Positions 54,899 to 64,000 of a DNA stretch of 64,000 nucleotides are shown here, in pieces. The stretch comes from a virus. The first letter of the stretch is position 1; every line of letters starts with the position of its first letter. The notes below the pieces were generated by a model. The model was given only the letters and a program-made list of their open reading frames with translations. It had not been told where the DNA came from and searched no databases. Where the stretch lies: the IMG/VR virus record IMGVR_UViG_3300045988_162015. One strand, 5' to 3'. A program made the position numbers and the translations under genes.

Positions 54899-55099
54899 GA
54901 GATACATTAATCAAACCTCCACGTGGTGTATCTTGGGTAACGCTAATTGATTAAATGAGTATAATTAATAATGTTTTATGAAAAGCCCACACAGCAATTT
55001 TTAATAGGTTAAATAAGAAATTCTGCAAAAATTTTTTAGAGTTGGTTCAAATCCAGCAAATGATTTTAGGGCTTTGTTAAAATTGTTAAGGAGAAAATA

Positions 55100-55285
55100 A
55101 TGAAGTTTAATCCAGGAGATAAGGTCTGGTGTAAGAGGTACGGTAAGGGTAAGTGCCGTAAGGCTGATAATAAGGATAATTTTATGACTTATCTTTTCAG
55201 ATTTTATGATGGCACTTTGATTTGGATGCCGAAACGTCAGGCTGAACATTTTGTAAAAGTTCGTTCCACCGAGGCCACGGTGTGA
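55100..55285 (+). CDS. small basic protein (61 aa)
   Basis: AAGGAGAAAATAATG RBS. Lies within the tRNA island. Confidence 0.4.
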   Translation: MKFNPGDKVWCKRYGKGKCRKADNKDNFMTYLFRFYDGTLIWMPKRQAEHFVKVRSTEATV

Positions 55286-55444
55286 ATATAAAGTCCGGTT
55301 ATAGGAAATCCTGTCATTAGGCGGCAGGCTACCGGTAATCCTTTCTTATATATTTAAATATGTAAGGAACAAAAACTATACAATAGATAGAGTTTTTACG
55401 CCTTGGCGCGATGCTTGTTTTTTACTATCTATTTTTCTATATTC

Positions 55445-55531
55445 GGAGTCGTGGGATAATGGTATTCCAATGGATTGCTAATCCATCCTACCTCTTGGGT
55501 AGTCCGCGTTCGAGTCGCGGCGATTCCGCCA
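55445..55531 (+). tRNA. tRNA-Ser (anticodon GCU), type II
   Basis: GGAGTCG/CGATTCC. Anticodon loop TTGCTAA. 17-nt variable arm. T-arm CCGCG-TTCGAGT-CGCGG. Encoded CCA. Confidence 0.7.
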
Positions 55532-55537
55532 TTATAT

Positions 55538-55625
55538 GTAGGAGTGCCAGAGTGGTCGATTGGGTTAGTCTCCAAAACTAATTGTAGCTGCACATCCAGG
55601 GTTCGAATCCCTTGCTCCTATGCCA
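55538..55625 (+). tRNA. type II (long variable arm) tRNA with anticodon CCA
   Basis: Acceptor GTAGGAG/CTCCTAT, U8, D-arm CCAG-AGTGGTCGA-TTGG. Anticodon stem TTAGT/ACTAA with loop CTCCAAA. About 15-nt variable arm. T-loop TTCGAAT. Encoded CCA. Confidence 0.5.
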
Positions 55626-55896
55626 TACGTATTAAGACTCATTTTCAGCAAACTTTTGCCTGTAAAGGCTCTACAATACTTATTTATTACTAATAGATGA
55701 AAAAGTATAATAAAGAAAATAAAGTATATTTTGAAAAGTTTTTTCTTTTTAGCTGATTTAGTAAGCTAAATTCCGCGTTTTTATTTTGGCTTTTCAATGA
55801 GTCTTGTTTATTAAAATAATTGGTATCGCTAAGCTTCATAGTAATTGTGGCGTATTTAAATCATAGATAGCTAAGGGTCTATAGCCAATTATGATA

Positions 55897-55985
55897 TGCG
55901 GAATTAACTTGCCCGGCGGTAAGCCTTGTCTTGAAAACAAGTGGTCCTGTGATAGGGATGGGGATCGACACCTCAGTTCCGCGCC
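55897..55985 (+). tRNA. tRNA-Ser-like (anticodon UGA), type II, with an irregular D-arm
   Basis: GCGGAAT/GTTCCGC. Anticodon stem CTTGT/ACAAG with loop CTTGAAA. 17-nt variable arm. T-arm TGGGG-ATCGACA-CCTCA. Encoded CCA. Confidence 0.45.
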
Positions 55986-56028
55986 ACTCGTTTCAGATTC
56001 GTTCATTGCATTTCATCCTTTCTATAAA

Positions 56029-56070
56029 GATGGACTGATTAGATTAATCAGTCCATCTTTTTTTTTATAT
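56029..56070 (+). terminator. rho-independent terminator (end of the tRNA island)
   Basis: 14 bp stem AGATGGACTGATTA/TAATCAGTCCATCT followed by T9. Confidence 0.7.
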
Positions 56071-56218
56071 ATTTTAAAGACAGTAGGTTATGGGTTGCTC
56101 TGGCCGGTTTGGACCATTAAAACCGAATGCTTGAATTAAAATTCCATTTAAGAAATTTTCGGTCTAACAGGTATAGAGCAATATAAAATAATTTTAAATA
56201 TGAAAGGAGAAGGACAAT

Positions 56219-56332
56219 ATGAAAATGTTTATTCTTTCATATAAGGGCGGCAAAGATGGCGGCGATATTGACAAAGAAGATACTTCCAAGTCAACAGGCG
56301 GCTGGGATGGCGGCTCTATAGATGATGATTAA
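56219..56332 (+). CDS. small Gly/Asp-rich protein (37 aa)
   Basis: AAAGGAGAAGGACAATATG RBS. Speculative. Confidence 0.3.
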   Translation: MKMFILSYKGGKDGGDIDKEDTSKSTGGWDGGSIDDD

Positions 56333-56349
56333 AGAAAGGAGAACACAAG

Positions 56350-57411
56350 ATGGCTGAAATTATTAAGTTAAGACGCGGTAAATCAACCAGTTGGTCTAAA
56401 AAGAATATAGTCCTGGCAGCTGGTGAAATCGGCGTAGAACTTGATACACATTAGATTAAAGTCGGTGATGGTTCAACCCCTTGGAATGAACTATCTTATG
56501 TAGGCGGAACTAAAGTTGTTAATGTTCAAGAATACACTGATAATCCAGCAGTTGTAGATGGTGTGCCTTATCAATCTATTGATGTAGCATTTATGAAGGC
56601 TCCAGCAGGAAGTACAATTCGTCTTAATGCTAACTTTGATAACAGTGTTTCTATTGATAAAGCATTGACTATTGAATTAAATGGTAATGATATTATTAAT
56701 AATGAAAAAACTCCAATAAATATCAAAGCAAACGGCGATTTAACTATTAAGGGCCAAGGTACTATTGAATGTAATAAGAATGAAAATGCCGCGGTTTTTA
56801 ATAATGGTAATATTACTATTAATAATGGTAAATTACAACGTACTACTGATATATCAGGCAACGGTTATTATACTGCTGTTAATCATGGCACTATGACAAT
56901 TAATGGCGGCATGTTTATGAGTGGTGGCGAATTTTCTAGCATGATTGAAAATGGCTATTGGGATTATCACGCTGGTAATGCTACTAATGGTTATGTTCAA
57001 GGTCAAAATGCTGAAATGCCTACATTAACTATTAATGATGGTACATTCGCTGGCGGCTTATATGCTATAAAAAATGATGATAATGCTGTTTTAAATATTA
57101 ATGGCGGCACATTCTATAATACTATTCTTGCTAATGGTAAGTCAATAACTATCACTGATGGGTATTTTGAAAATAGTAAGCCAAGTCAAGGCGAATATAA
57201 TTTTTATCTTCGTAAATTAAGTGAAGATTTAAATCCTCAAAATACATATATTAGTGGCGGTACATTTATTACTGCACAAGATAAGAATTTCAAGGTTGAG
57301 GGCGATCCTCATATTGAAATTAGCGGTGGCCGTTTTAATAGAGAATTAGATCCTTCTTATCTAGCTCCTGGCTATAGACAAGTACTTGTCAATGGCTTCT
57401 ATACTGTCTAG
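56350..57411 (+). CDS. tail fibre/tail spike protein with a beta-helix-like Asn/Gly-rich repeat region, and an in-frame TAG at 56452
   Basis: N-terminal motif IKLRRGKSTSW...GEIGVELDTH[TAG]IKVGDGSTPWNELSYVGG is shared with four other genes. The repeats are NGN.IT.N.G-type. Confidence 0.55.
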
Positions 57412-57426
57412 AAGGAGGAATAATCT

Positions 57427-57942
57427 ATGGCTGATATCATCAAGTTCAAAAGAGGTCGATCAACTACATGGCGTGAAAAGAACTTATTGCTTAAGGATGG
57501 CGAGCCTGGATTTGAATTAGATACTCATAAACTGAAAATTGGTGATGGTAAAACCTTATGGAATGATTTACCATATATCGGTGGCGAAAGTGGTACAATT
57601 GATCTTCCTGATAATGTAATGGAATTTTTAGGCACAGTTGATGCACTTCCAGCTACTGCTGAAGATGGAGAAATGTGTATTTATGATGGTAAATTATATA
57701 TTTACGATGGTAAATGGACAACTACAGAAACTTCTTCTTCAGCACAAAATTCTTTCAATTCTTTAGTAGATGCAATTAACTATATTACTTAGCATAATTG
57801 TGTTGGTCAAATTGTATCTATCTTTTAGAATAATAAATGGTTGCCTTATATTGTAGATGTAAATAATAATCTTGTACCTATTCAATATGGAGAAGATCAT
57901 TATGATATTCTTAATGGCGGCAACGCAAATACTCTTAATTAA
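57427..57942 (+). CDS. tail-fibre-motif protein (171 aa; 2 in-frame TAG)
   Basis: IKFKRGRSTTW...GFELDTHKLKIGDGKTLWNDLPYIGG. The frame continues past the TAGs at 57790 and 57826. Confidence 0.5.
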
Positions 57943-57964
57943 TTTTATAGGAGGAAAATAATTT

Positions 57965-59182
57965 ATGGCTGAAAATATTCTTAATACTCGCATTCAAGTA
58001 TTAAATGACACGGCTGAAGCTCTTAAAGCAAAAGGTAGTGCAGTCCCAAAAGCTGGCGAAATTGTTTATGAGAACGATACTCGTAAAATGAAAATCGGTG
58101 ATGGTACTACTACTCTTGAAAACTTAAAATATTTTGGTGGCGAAGCCGCTCAAAATTTTGAAACTATTCCAACAGGTGAAGAAACTGACGTTCAGGCTAT
58201 TACTCGTATTGTAGCTTCTGCAGAACTTCACAATGGCGATACTGCTATTGTAAAGCGTGCTATTACTGGCGATAAGACTTCTTATACTGCTTACGTATAT
58301 GACGGCGAATGGAAAGCTATGGATGGCAATTATCGTGCTGATAATGTTTATTTTGATGATGACATTACTTATACTGTTGCTATTGGCACTTTAGCTAAGC
58401 CATCTGGTTCTGCTAAATTTGCAGCTAAAGGTAAGAGCGTTGAACAGGTCCTTTCTACCTTAATGGCCAAGGAAGCTAATCCTTCTAAGTCTGATCCTGC
58501 TGTTAGTTTCAGCTCTACTAGCGGACTTGGTACATTTGAAATTGGCACGAAGAAGAATTTAACATATACAGCAGCTCTATCTGCTGGTAGTTATACTTAT
58601 GGTCCAGCTACTGGTATTACAGCTCAGAGTTGGAGTGTAAAATGCACTGGTGTTGAAGATGTCCTTGCTACTGCTACTGGTTCTTTCGATAATGTTGTTG
58701 CTGAAGCAACAGCTAAAAAAATTACTGCAACCGCAACTTATGGCGACGGCACTATTCCTAAGACCAATCTAGGTAATTCTTATCCTGCTAGCCAGATTAA
58801 GGCAGGCTCAGCATCTAACGATAGCAATGTCCTTTAGGGTGTCCGTCATATGTTCTATGGTCCTATGACTACTGATGCAGCTCTTGATAGTACTACTATT
58901 CGTGGATTAAAACATGAAGCTGCTAATAAAAAGCCTATTACTACATTTGGTGCAGGTGCTGGAGCAAAGAAAGTTGTTATTGCTTGTCCTGCTGGATATA
59001 ATGTAACTAAGGTTCTTATGCCTAGTGCTATGAATGCTGATGCTACTGCTAACTTTGTAAAGCAAGCTGGTACTGTTAATGTTGAGGGTGCTGAAGGATA
59101 TACTGCAGTTCCTTATACTGTTTGGGTATATTAGCCCGCCTCAATTGATAGTACTGAAACTTATGCTGTTACAATTGGTTAA
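57965..59182 (+). CDS. tail fibre protein (405 aa; 2 in-frame TAG)
   Basis: N-terminal motif GEIVYENDTRKMKIGDGTTTLENLKYFGG. In frame with track ORFs 57965 and 58850 through the TAG at 58838. Confidence 0.5.
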
Positions 59183-59206
59183 TTTATAAAGGAGGAATAA
59201 TATAAT

Positions 59207-61897
59207 ATGGCTACTATTTTAAAAGATGCTGCCTATATGGCTCTTCCTATGAATATCAAGCGTGGTAATCCTATCCCTCTTGATACTACTGCTGTATGGT
59301 ATGATAAAACTGAACTAAATAAGTATGCAGCTTCTGGTGCTACTGCATATGTTGGTCAGATTCTAACATTATGTGCCGATAATAAGTGTGAAGCTTATAT
59401 GATTTCTAATGAAGCTGGTACATTAATTAAACTAGCTTCTACAACCGCTTCTGGTGACCTTGCTGGCGATGTTACTACTCTACAAGGTCAAGTTACAAAT
59501 CTTATTTCTAAGGTTGGTAAAGCAGCTGATGGTGAAGTCGCAGCTACTGGTCTATATAAAGAAATTGCTGATGTTCTAGCTATTGCTAATGGCAAGGTTG
59601 CTTCTGTTAAGGCAGCTGATAAGTCCATTATGGTTGGTGGCAATGCTACTGAGCCTACTGTTAAGGTAGCTATTGCATCTGGTGAGGATAATGCTCTTTC
59701 ACTTGCAGCTGATGGTCTGAAGGTTGTTATTCCTGAAGTGACCGTGCCTGAATATAGCATGAAGAAGCTGGATGTCGCTACTGAGGGCATGTCCGCATCT
59801 TATCAGCTAACTAAGGATGGCACAGCTATTGGTGCAGTTATCGACATTCCAAAAGACATGGTTGTTAAGTCTGGTTCTGTTCAGACATTTGCAGCTGGTG
59901 AAGTACCCGCTGGTGTTACTGAGGCTGGTACATATATTGTATTAGTTCTAGCTAATACTACTAATGATAAATTATATATTAGAGTCAATGATTTAATTGA
60001 ATATGTCACCTCTGGCTCTGCTGCAGATGATATGGTATTCATCAATATTGATCCTAAGACTCATAAGGTAACAGCAAAAATTACTGACGGTAGCATCACT
60101 GAAGCTAAACTAGCAAAAGCTGTTACTGATAAGCTCGCTTTAGCTTCTTCTGCTATTCAGAAGGTCGAATCTGGTACTGCTAATGGCACTATTGCCGTTG
60201 ATGGTACTGATATTGCTGTCACTGGACTAAGGAGTGCTGCATATACCGATTCCACTGCTTATGATACTGCTGGTACTGCTGCTGGTATAAAGACAGCTCT
60301 TGAAGGTGCTGATGCTGATAAGGCTGATGCTCTTACCATTAAGGGTGCTAAGAAATATGCTGAGGAAAAAGCAACTGCAGCTCAGAGTGCTGCTGAAACA
60401 ACTGCAAAGGGCTATGTTAATGGCCTAAATCTTGCTGATAAAGCTGTTACCAAACAGCTCGTTTCTGCCGTTACGCAGACTAATGGTCAAATTGCAGTTA
60501 TTCGCCGTGAACTAGTTGCTGATGATATTCCCACTCTTGGTATTTCTAAGATTGATGGTCTTCAGGGTGCTCTTGGCGCTAAGTAGGATACCGTCGTATT
60601 TGATGGTGAATATTCAGCAAGTAATAAAGCTGCTACAGTAAGCACTGTTAATACTGCTGTTGATAATTTACGTCATACTGTTGATGGTAAAGGTAAAGAT
60701 ATTGATACCCAAGATAGTCAAACTATCCATGGTGCAAAAATTTATGCTGATGAAGTCAGTAAGGCTACTCTTGGTTAGGCTAAAACTTATGCTGATAGCT
60801 TAGTCGGTGATAGTTCTGCTATTGCTGGTCGTGTAACTACTCTTGAAGGCAAAGTTGATGTAGCAAAGGTTAGTACTGCTATCTCTACTGCTAAGAATGA
60901 GGCTATTGAGGCCGCAGCAACAGATGCCGCATCTAAGGATACTGCTTTAAAGACTGAGATCCTTGGGGACGGATATACTGGTACTGTAAAGGAAGCTTAT
61001 GACCTTGCTAATAAGAAAACTACTATGACTGAGGTTGAGGCTAAGGGCTATGCTGTTAAGACTGAAGTTGATACTGCTGTTGCTGATGCAAAGAAAGCTG
61101 GCACCGATGCTCAGACTTCTGTTGATACATTAAGTGGTAAAGTTGGTACTATTCCAGTAGGCGCTAAAGCTACTACTGTTATTGGTTATGTAGATGAAAA
61201 AATTGCGGCTATTCCTTCATAGGTTAATTATACCGTTACTGCTGATGTTAGTAGTCCTACTGGCATTGCCAAACGATATGTCCTTAGCCAGAATGGTAGT
61301 GATATTGTAACCATTGATATCCCCAAAGATATGGTGGTCAGCTCTGGTACTGTTGAAACTAAGGCTGATGCTGGTGTATGGGGGGTTGCAGGTACTTATC
61401 TAGTTCTTACTCTAGCTAATGCAACCTCTGACAAGGTATACATTAATGTTGGCGACCTTATTGAATATGTAACTAGCGGCTCTTAGGCTGACGATATGGT
61501 CGAAATCAAGATTGATGCCGAGCATAAGGTCACTGCCGTTATCAATGATGGTACGATTACAAAGGCAAAGCTAGCTTAGGCTGTACAAGATAGCCTAGAT
61601 AAAGCTGATACAGCACTATAGATGGCCGATCTTGCACCATATGCAAAGACTGCTGATATTAAAGCTGGCTATGTTGCAAAAGAAGATGGCAAACAGCTAA
61701 TGACCGCTGCTGAAAGCACTAAATTGGCCGGTATTGCTGCTAATGCACAGGTCAACGTGATTGAAGTCGTTAAGGTTGGCGGCACTGCTCTTGAAATTGC
61801 TGATAAAGCTGTTAATATTGAAACAATCAGTACTGATCTATTAACTCAAGGTGCTAAAACTCTTATTCTCAATGGTGGCACCGCTGCTTCTCTTTGA
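59207..61897 (+). CDS. large Ala/Thr-rich tail fibre/virion structural protein (896 aa; 6 in-frame TAG) with an internal ~100-aa duplication
   Basis: Joins track ORFs 59207, 61025 and 61622 in one frame. The duplication is IDIPKDMVV(K/S)SG(S/T)V...YVTSGS.ADDMV...KAKLA. Confidence 0.55.
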
Positions 61898-61964
61898 TAT
61901 ATATATATACTAGGGAGAGAGAAATCTCTCCCTTCCAATAGTAAAAGAGAAAGGGGAATAAAGA

Positions 61965-62306
61965 ATGGCTCAAAAAGAATTTAATACACGAATTAAATTA
62001 AAGTATGATACTTTAGATAAATGGTTAAAGAATACATCAGTTGTACTGCTTAAAGGCGAAATTGGCTTATGCTATGTGCCAGCGATTACATCTGGTACAA
62101 CGACCACAGCTCCTACTGTATTATTTAAAGTTGGTGATGGTACAACCACATGGGAAAAACTACCTTGGGGTGCAGGGCTTGGAGCAGATGTCCCGGCATG
62201 GGCTAAGGCACCTGCAAAGCCATCTTATACCCTTGATGAAATAGGTGCTAATCCTGATACTAACTATGTAATTTTCGATTGTGGTTCTTCTACTATAAAT
62301 ATATAA
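61965..62306 (+). CDS. tail-fibre-motif protein (113 aa)
   Basis: KGEIGLCYVPA...FKVGDGTTTWEKLPW. Confidence 0.5.
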   Translation: MAQKEFNTRIKLKYDTLDKWLKNTSVVLLKGEIGLCYVPAITSGTTTTAPTVLFKVGDGTTTWEKLPWGAGLGADVPAWAKAPAKPSYTLDEIGANPDTNYVIFDCGSSTINI

Positions 62307-62310
62307 GAAT

Positions 62311-62345
62311 AAAGACTCCATTTTGGAGTCTTTATTTTTTTTACC
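62311..62345 (+). terminator. rho-independent terminator
   Basis: AAGACTCCA-TTTT-GGAGTCTTT followed by T8. Confidence 0.7.
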
Positions 62346-62423
62346 TGGACTAATTTTATTAATTTAATATTTTTATTTTTTATATAAATTTAGAATAAGA
62401 AACATTGAAAGGAGGAACTTTCA

Positions 62424-63566
62424 TTGGCAGATAAACAATTAAAATCATTATAGTTTCCTAATATAAGTGATAAATATGTCGTTAAATTAACAGTAGAAGA
62501 ATTACAAAATTTATTATCTGATATTAGACTTAATGGCGGAATAGCTTATTAGAAAGATATAGTTACAAGCTACAATGATTTAAATGATAAACCTAAGATT
62601 TTAACAGAAAAAAATTTATCTGAAGAAGTAAATAATAAATTTGTAGAACTAAAATGTGTAACATTAGATGATTTAAAAAATCATACTAAAATGTTAGAAG
62701 CAAAATTTAATGGTAATGAAGAAAATGATTTAAGTGAAACCTGGATTATTCATAAAGCCCCATCTTTCTATTTTAAAAGTAATATTGAATTTGTTTCTAA
62801 TGGAATAACTTATTCTTCTATAGAATATAAAAAAAATACTTAGCCCAAGAAAGATGGTATTATTCTTGAAGATATGTTATATTATGATACCACTTGTGTT
62901 GGTCATAGTCCTCAAGATAATTCTGCTATTAATTACAAAGAAATATCTTGGGAAAATTAGGCTTATAATATAATTAAATTTACCAAAGAAAAGCCAACAG
63001 GTGATTTATTAAGATGGTTACAAGAAGATGGAACAATTAAAGGACCTAATACATTTCAAGGATTATTTAATTATGTAAATAATTAGGATAATGAAACTTT
63101 AAAAAAGGCTAAAACGTATATAAATGATGTCATGAATAATTATCATGCTCCAATAGCTAGTGAAAATACATTAGGTATAGTTATGGGCGGCGGAACTGGT
63201 ATCGGTATTGATGAAAATGGTAGATTATATGCAACAGGAGAAATTATAGCTGATGCAAATATCTTATGGTCTAAGATAGTAGAAAAACCTACTACTTTAG
63301 AAGCAATCAGCAAAGATGCAATGTGTCGAGCTATTATAAATAGTTTACCATCTAGTAGTTAGTCAGGTAATTATGCTGATTTATTAAATAAACCAGATTT
63401 ATCTAAATATGCTTTAAAAACAGATATATCTGAATATACATTACCAACTGCTTCAACCTCTACTCTTGGCGGTGTAAAAATAGATAATAGTACAATTGGT
63501 ATTAGTGATGGATTTATTTATGTAAAAAATACTAATTCAGCCGTTTGGACTAAATGGACAGGATAA
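62424..63566 (+). CDS. tail fibre protein (380 aa; TTG start; 6 in-frame TAG)
   Basis: AAAGGAGGAACTTTCATTG RBS. C-terminal ASENTLGIVMGGGTGIGIDENG...STLGGVKIDNSTIGISDGFIYV is like a fibre tip. Confidence 0.45.
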
Positions 63567-63638
63567 GTTTGAAATTGATAACTTATTTATTATAATCTTT
63601 ACTCTTTTGAAAATAGATGATTGAGAAAGATATTTAAT

Positions 63639-63700
63639 ATAGGGAAATAAATATCTTGAACTATTTTCAAGATATTTATTTCCCTATATTTTTGTTTAAG
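63639..63700 (+). terminator. rho-independent terminator
   Basis: Long stem ATAGGGAAATAAATATCTTGAA/TTCAAGATATTTATTTCCCTAT followed by ATTTTTG. Confidence 0.7.
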
Positions 63701-63711
63701 GAGGAAATATA

Positions 63712-64000
63712 ATGGCAAATAATACATTCCAAGGCCGTATGATTTAGAAGCATGATACAAAAGCTAATTGGGATAAAGCAACTAATTTTGTCCCCTTAAA
63801 AGGCGAAATTATTATATATGATGATTTAAAGAAAATAAAAATAGGTGATGGAGCTACTAAAGTAGGAAATCTGGTTTTTATTAATGACTTAGATACTATA
63901 AATGGAAAATATTTACCTCTTGCTGGCGGTACTATGACTGGTAATATTAATATTAATAATAAAACAATTACTAATTTAAAAACTCCAACAGCCGATACAG
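63712..64000 (+). CDS. tail-fibre-motif protein (partial; runs off the window; in-frame TAG at 63745)
   Basis: AAGGAGGAAATATAATG RBS. KGEIIIYDDLKKIKIGDGATKVGNLVF. Confidence 0.45.

Overview
This is a double-stranded DNA phage segment of mosaic composition, and the host is probably a Firmicute. The host call rests on sigma-70-type TTGACA/TATAAT promoters, an AbrB-like regulator, and chorismate-mutase and MetK homologues. The window has six zones.

- **1-14.3 kb, early region.** It has about 40% GC and is dense with small plus-strand genes. Each gene sits behind an extended -10 sigma-70 promoter. Five copies of a GC-rich hairpin-plus-promoter cassette are scattered through it. It also carries nucleotide-metabolism genes, namely a nucleoside 2-deoxyribosyltransferase-like protein, a 5'(3')-deoxyribonucleotidase-like hydrolase and a DnaQ-like exonuclease.
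- **14.4-16.7 kb, AT-rich minus-strand block missing from the ORF track.** It encodes a ribbon-helix-helix (RHH) protein, a small protein, a replisome-organizer-like protein and a GIY-YIG endonuclease. A cluster of TTTGTCSYA iterons lies next to these genes, marking a putative origin of replication.
- **16.7-46 kb, AT-rich middle/late genes.** These sit behind a recurring AT-rich phage promoter motif.
  - An RNA-repair-like set: a tRNA-binding-domain::Rnl2-like RNA ligase, a polynucleotide-kinase-like P-loop kinase, a lambda-phosphatase-like metallophosphoesterase and a Pol-beta-type nucleotidyltransferase.
  - S-adenosylmethionine synthetase (MetK), an HslV-like peptidase and a Zn-peptidase.
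  - A five-member tandem paralog array and three large Cys-rich paralogs.
- **46.4-49.3 kb, peptide-maturation cluster.** A radical-SAM/SPASM maturase sits beside a 216-aa precursor whose C-terminal half is about 25 consecutive Cx3C repeats.
- **49.3-56 kb, tRNA island.** There are about 14 tRNAs or tRNA-like genes plus fragments, a C5-DNA-methyltransferase/nuclease pair and a GIY-YIG homing endonuclease.
- **56-64 kb, tail-fibre genes.** They share a conserved N-terminal motif.

From about 14.6 kb onward many genes contain in-frame TAG codons. Alignment with MetK and I-TevI motifs indicates that TAG is read as Gln. The early region has no in-frame TAG, which is consistent with a late-expressed amber-suppression programme. 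No CUA-anticodon tRNA was found in the window.
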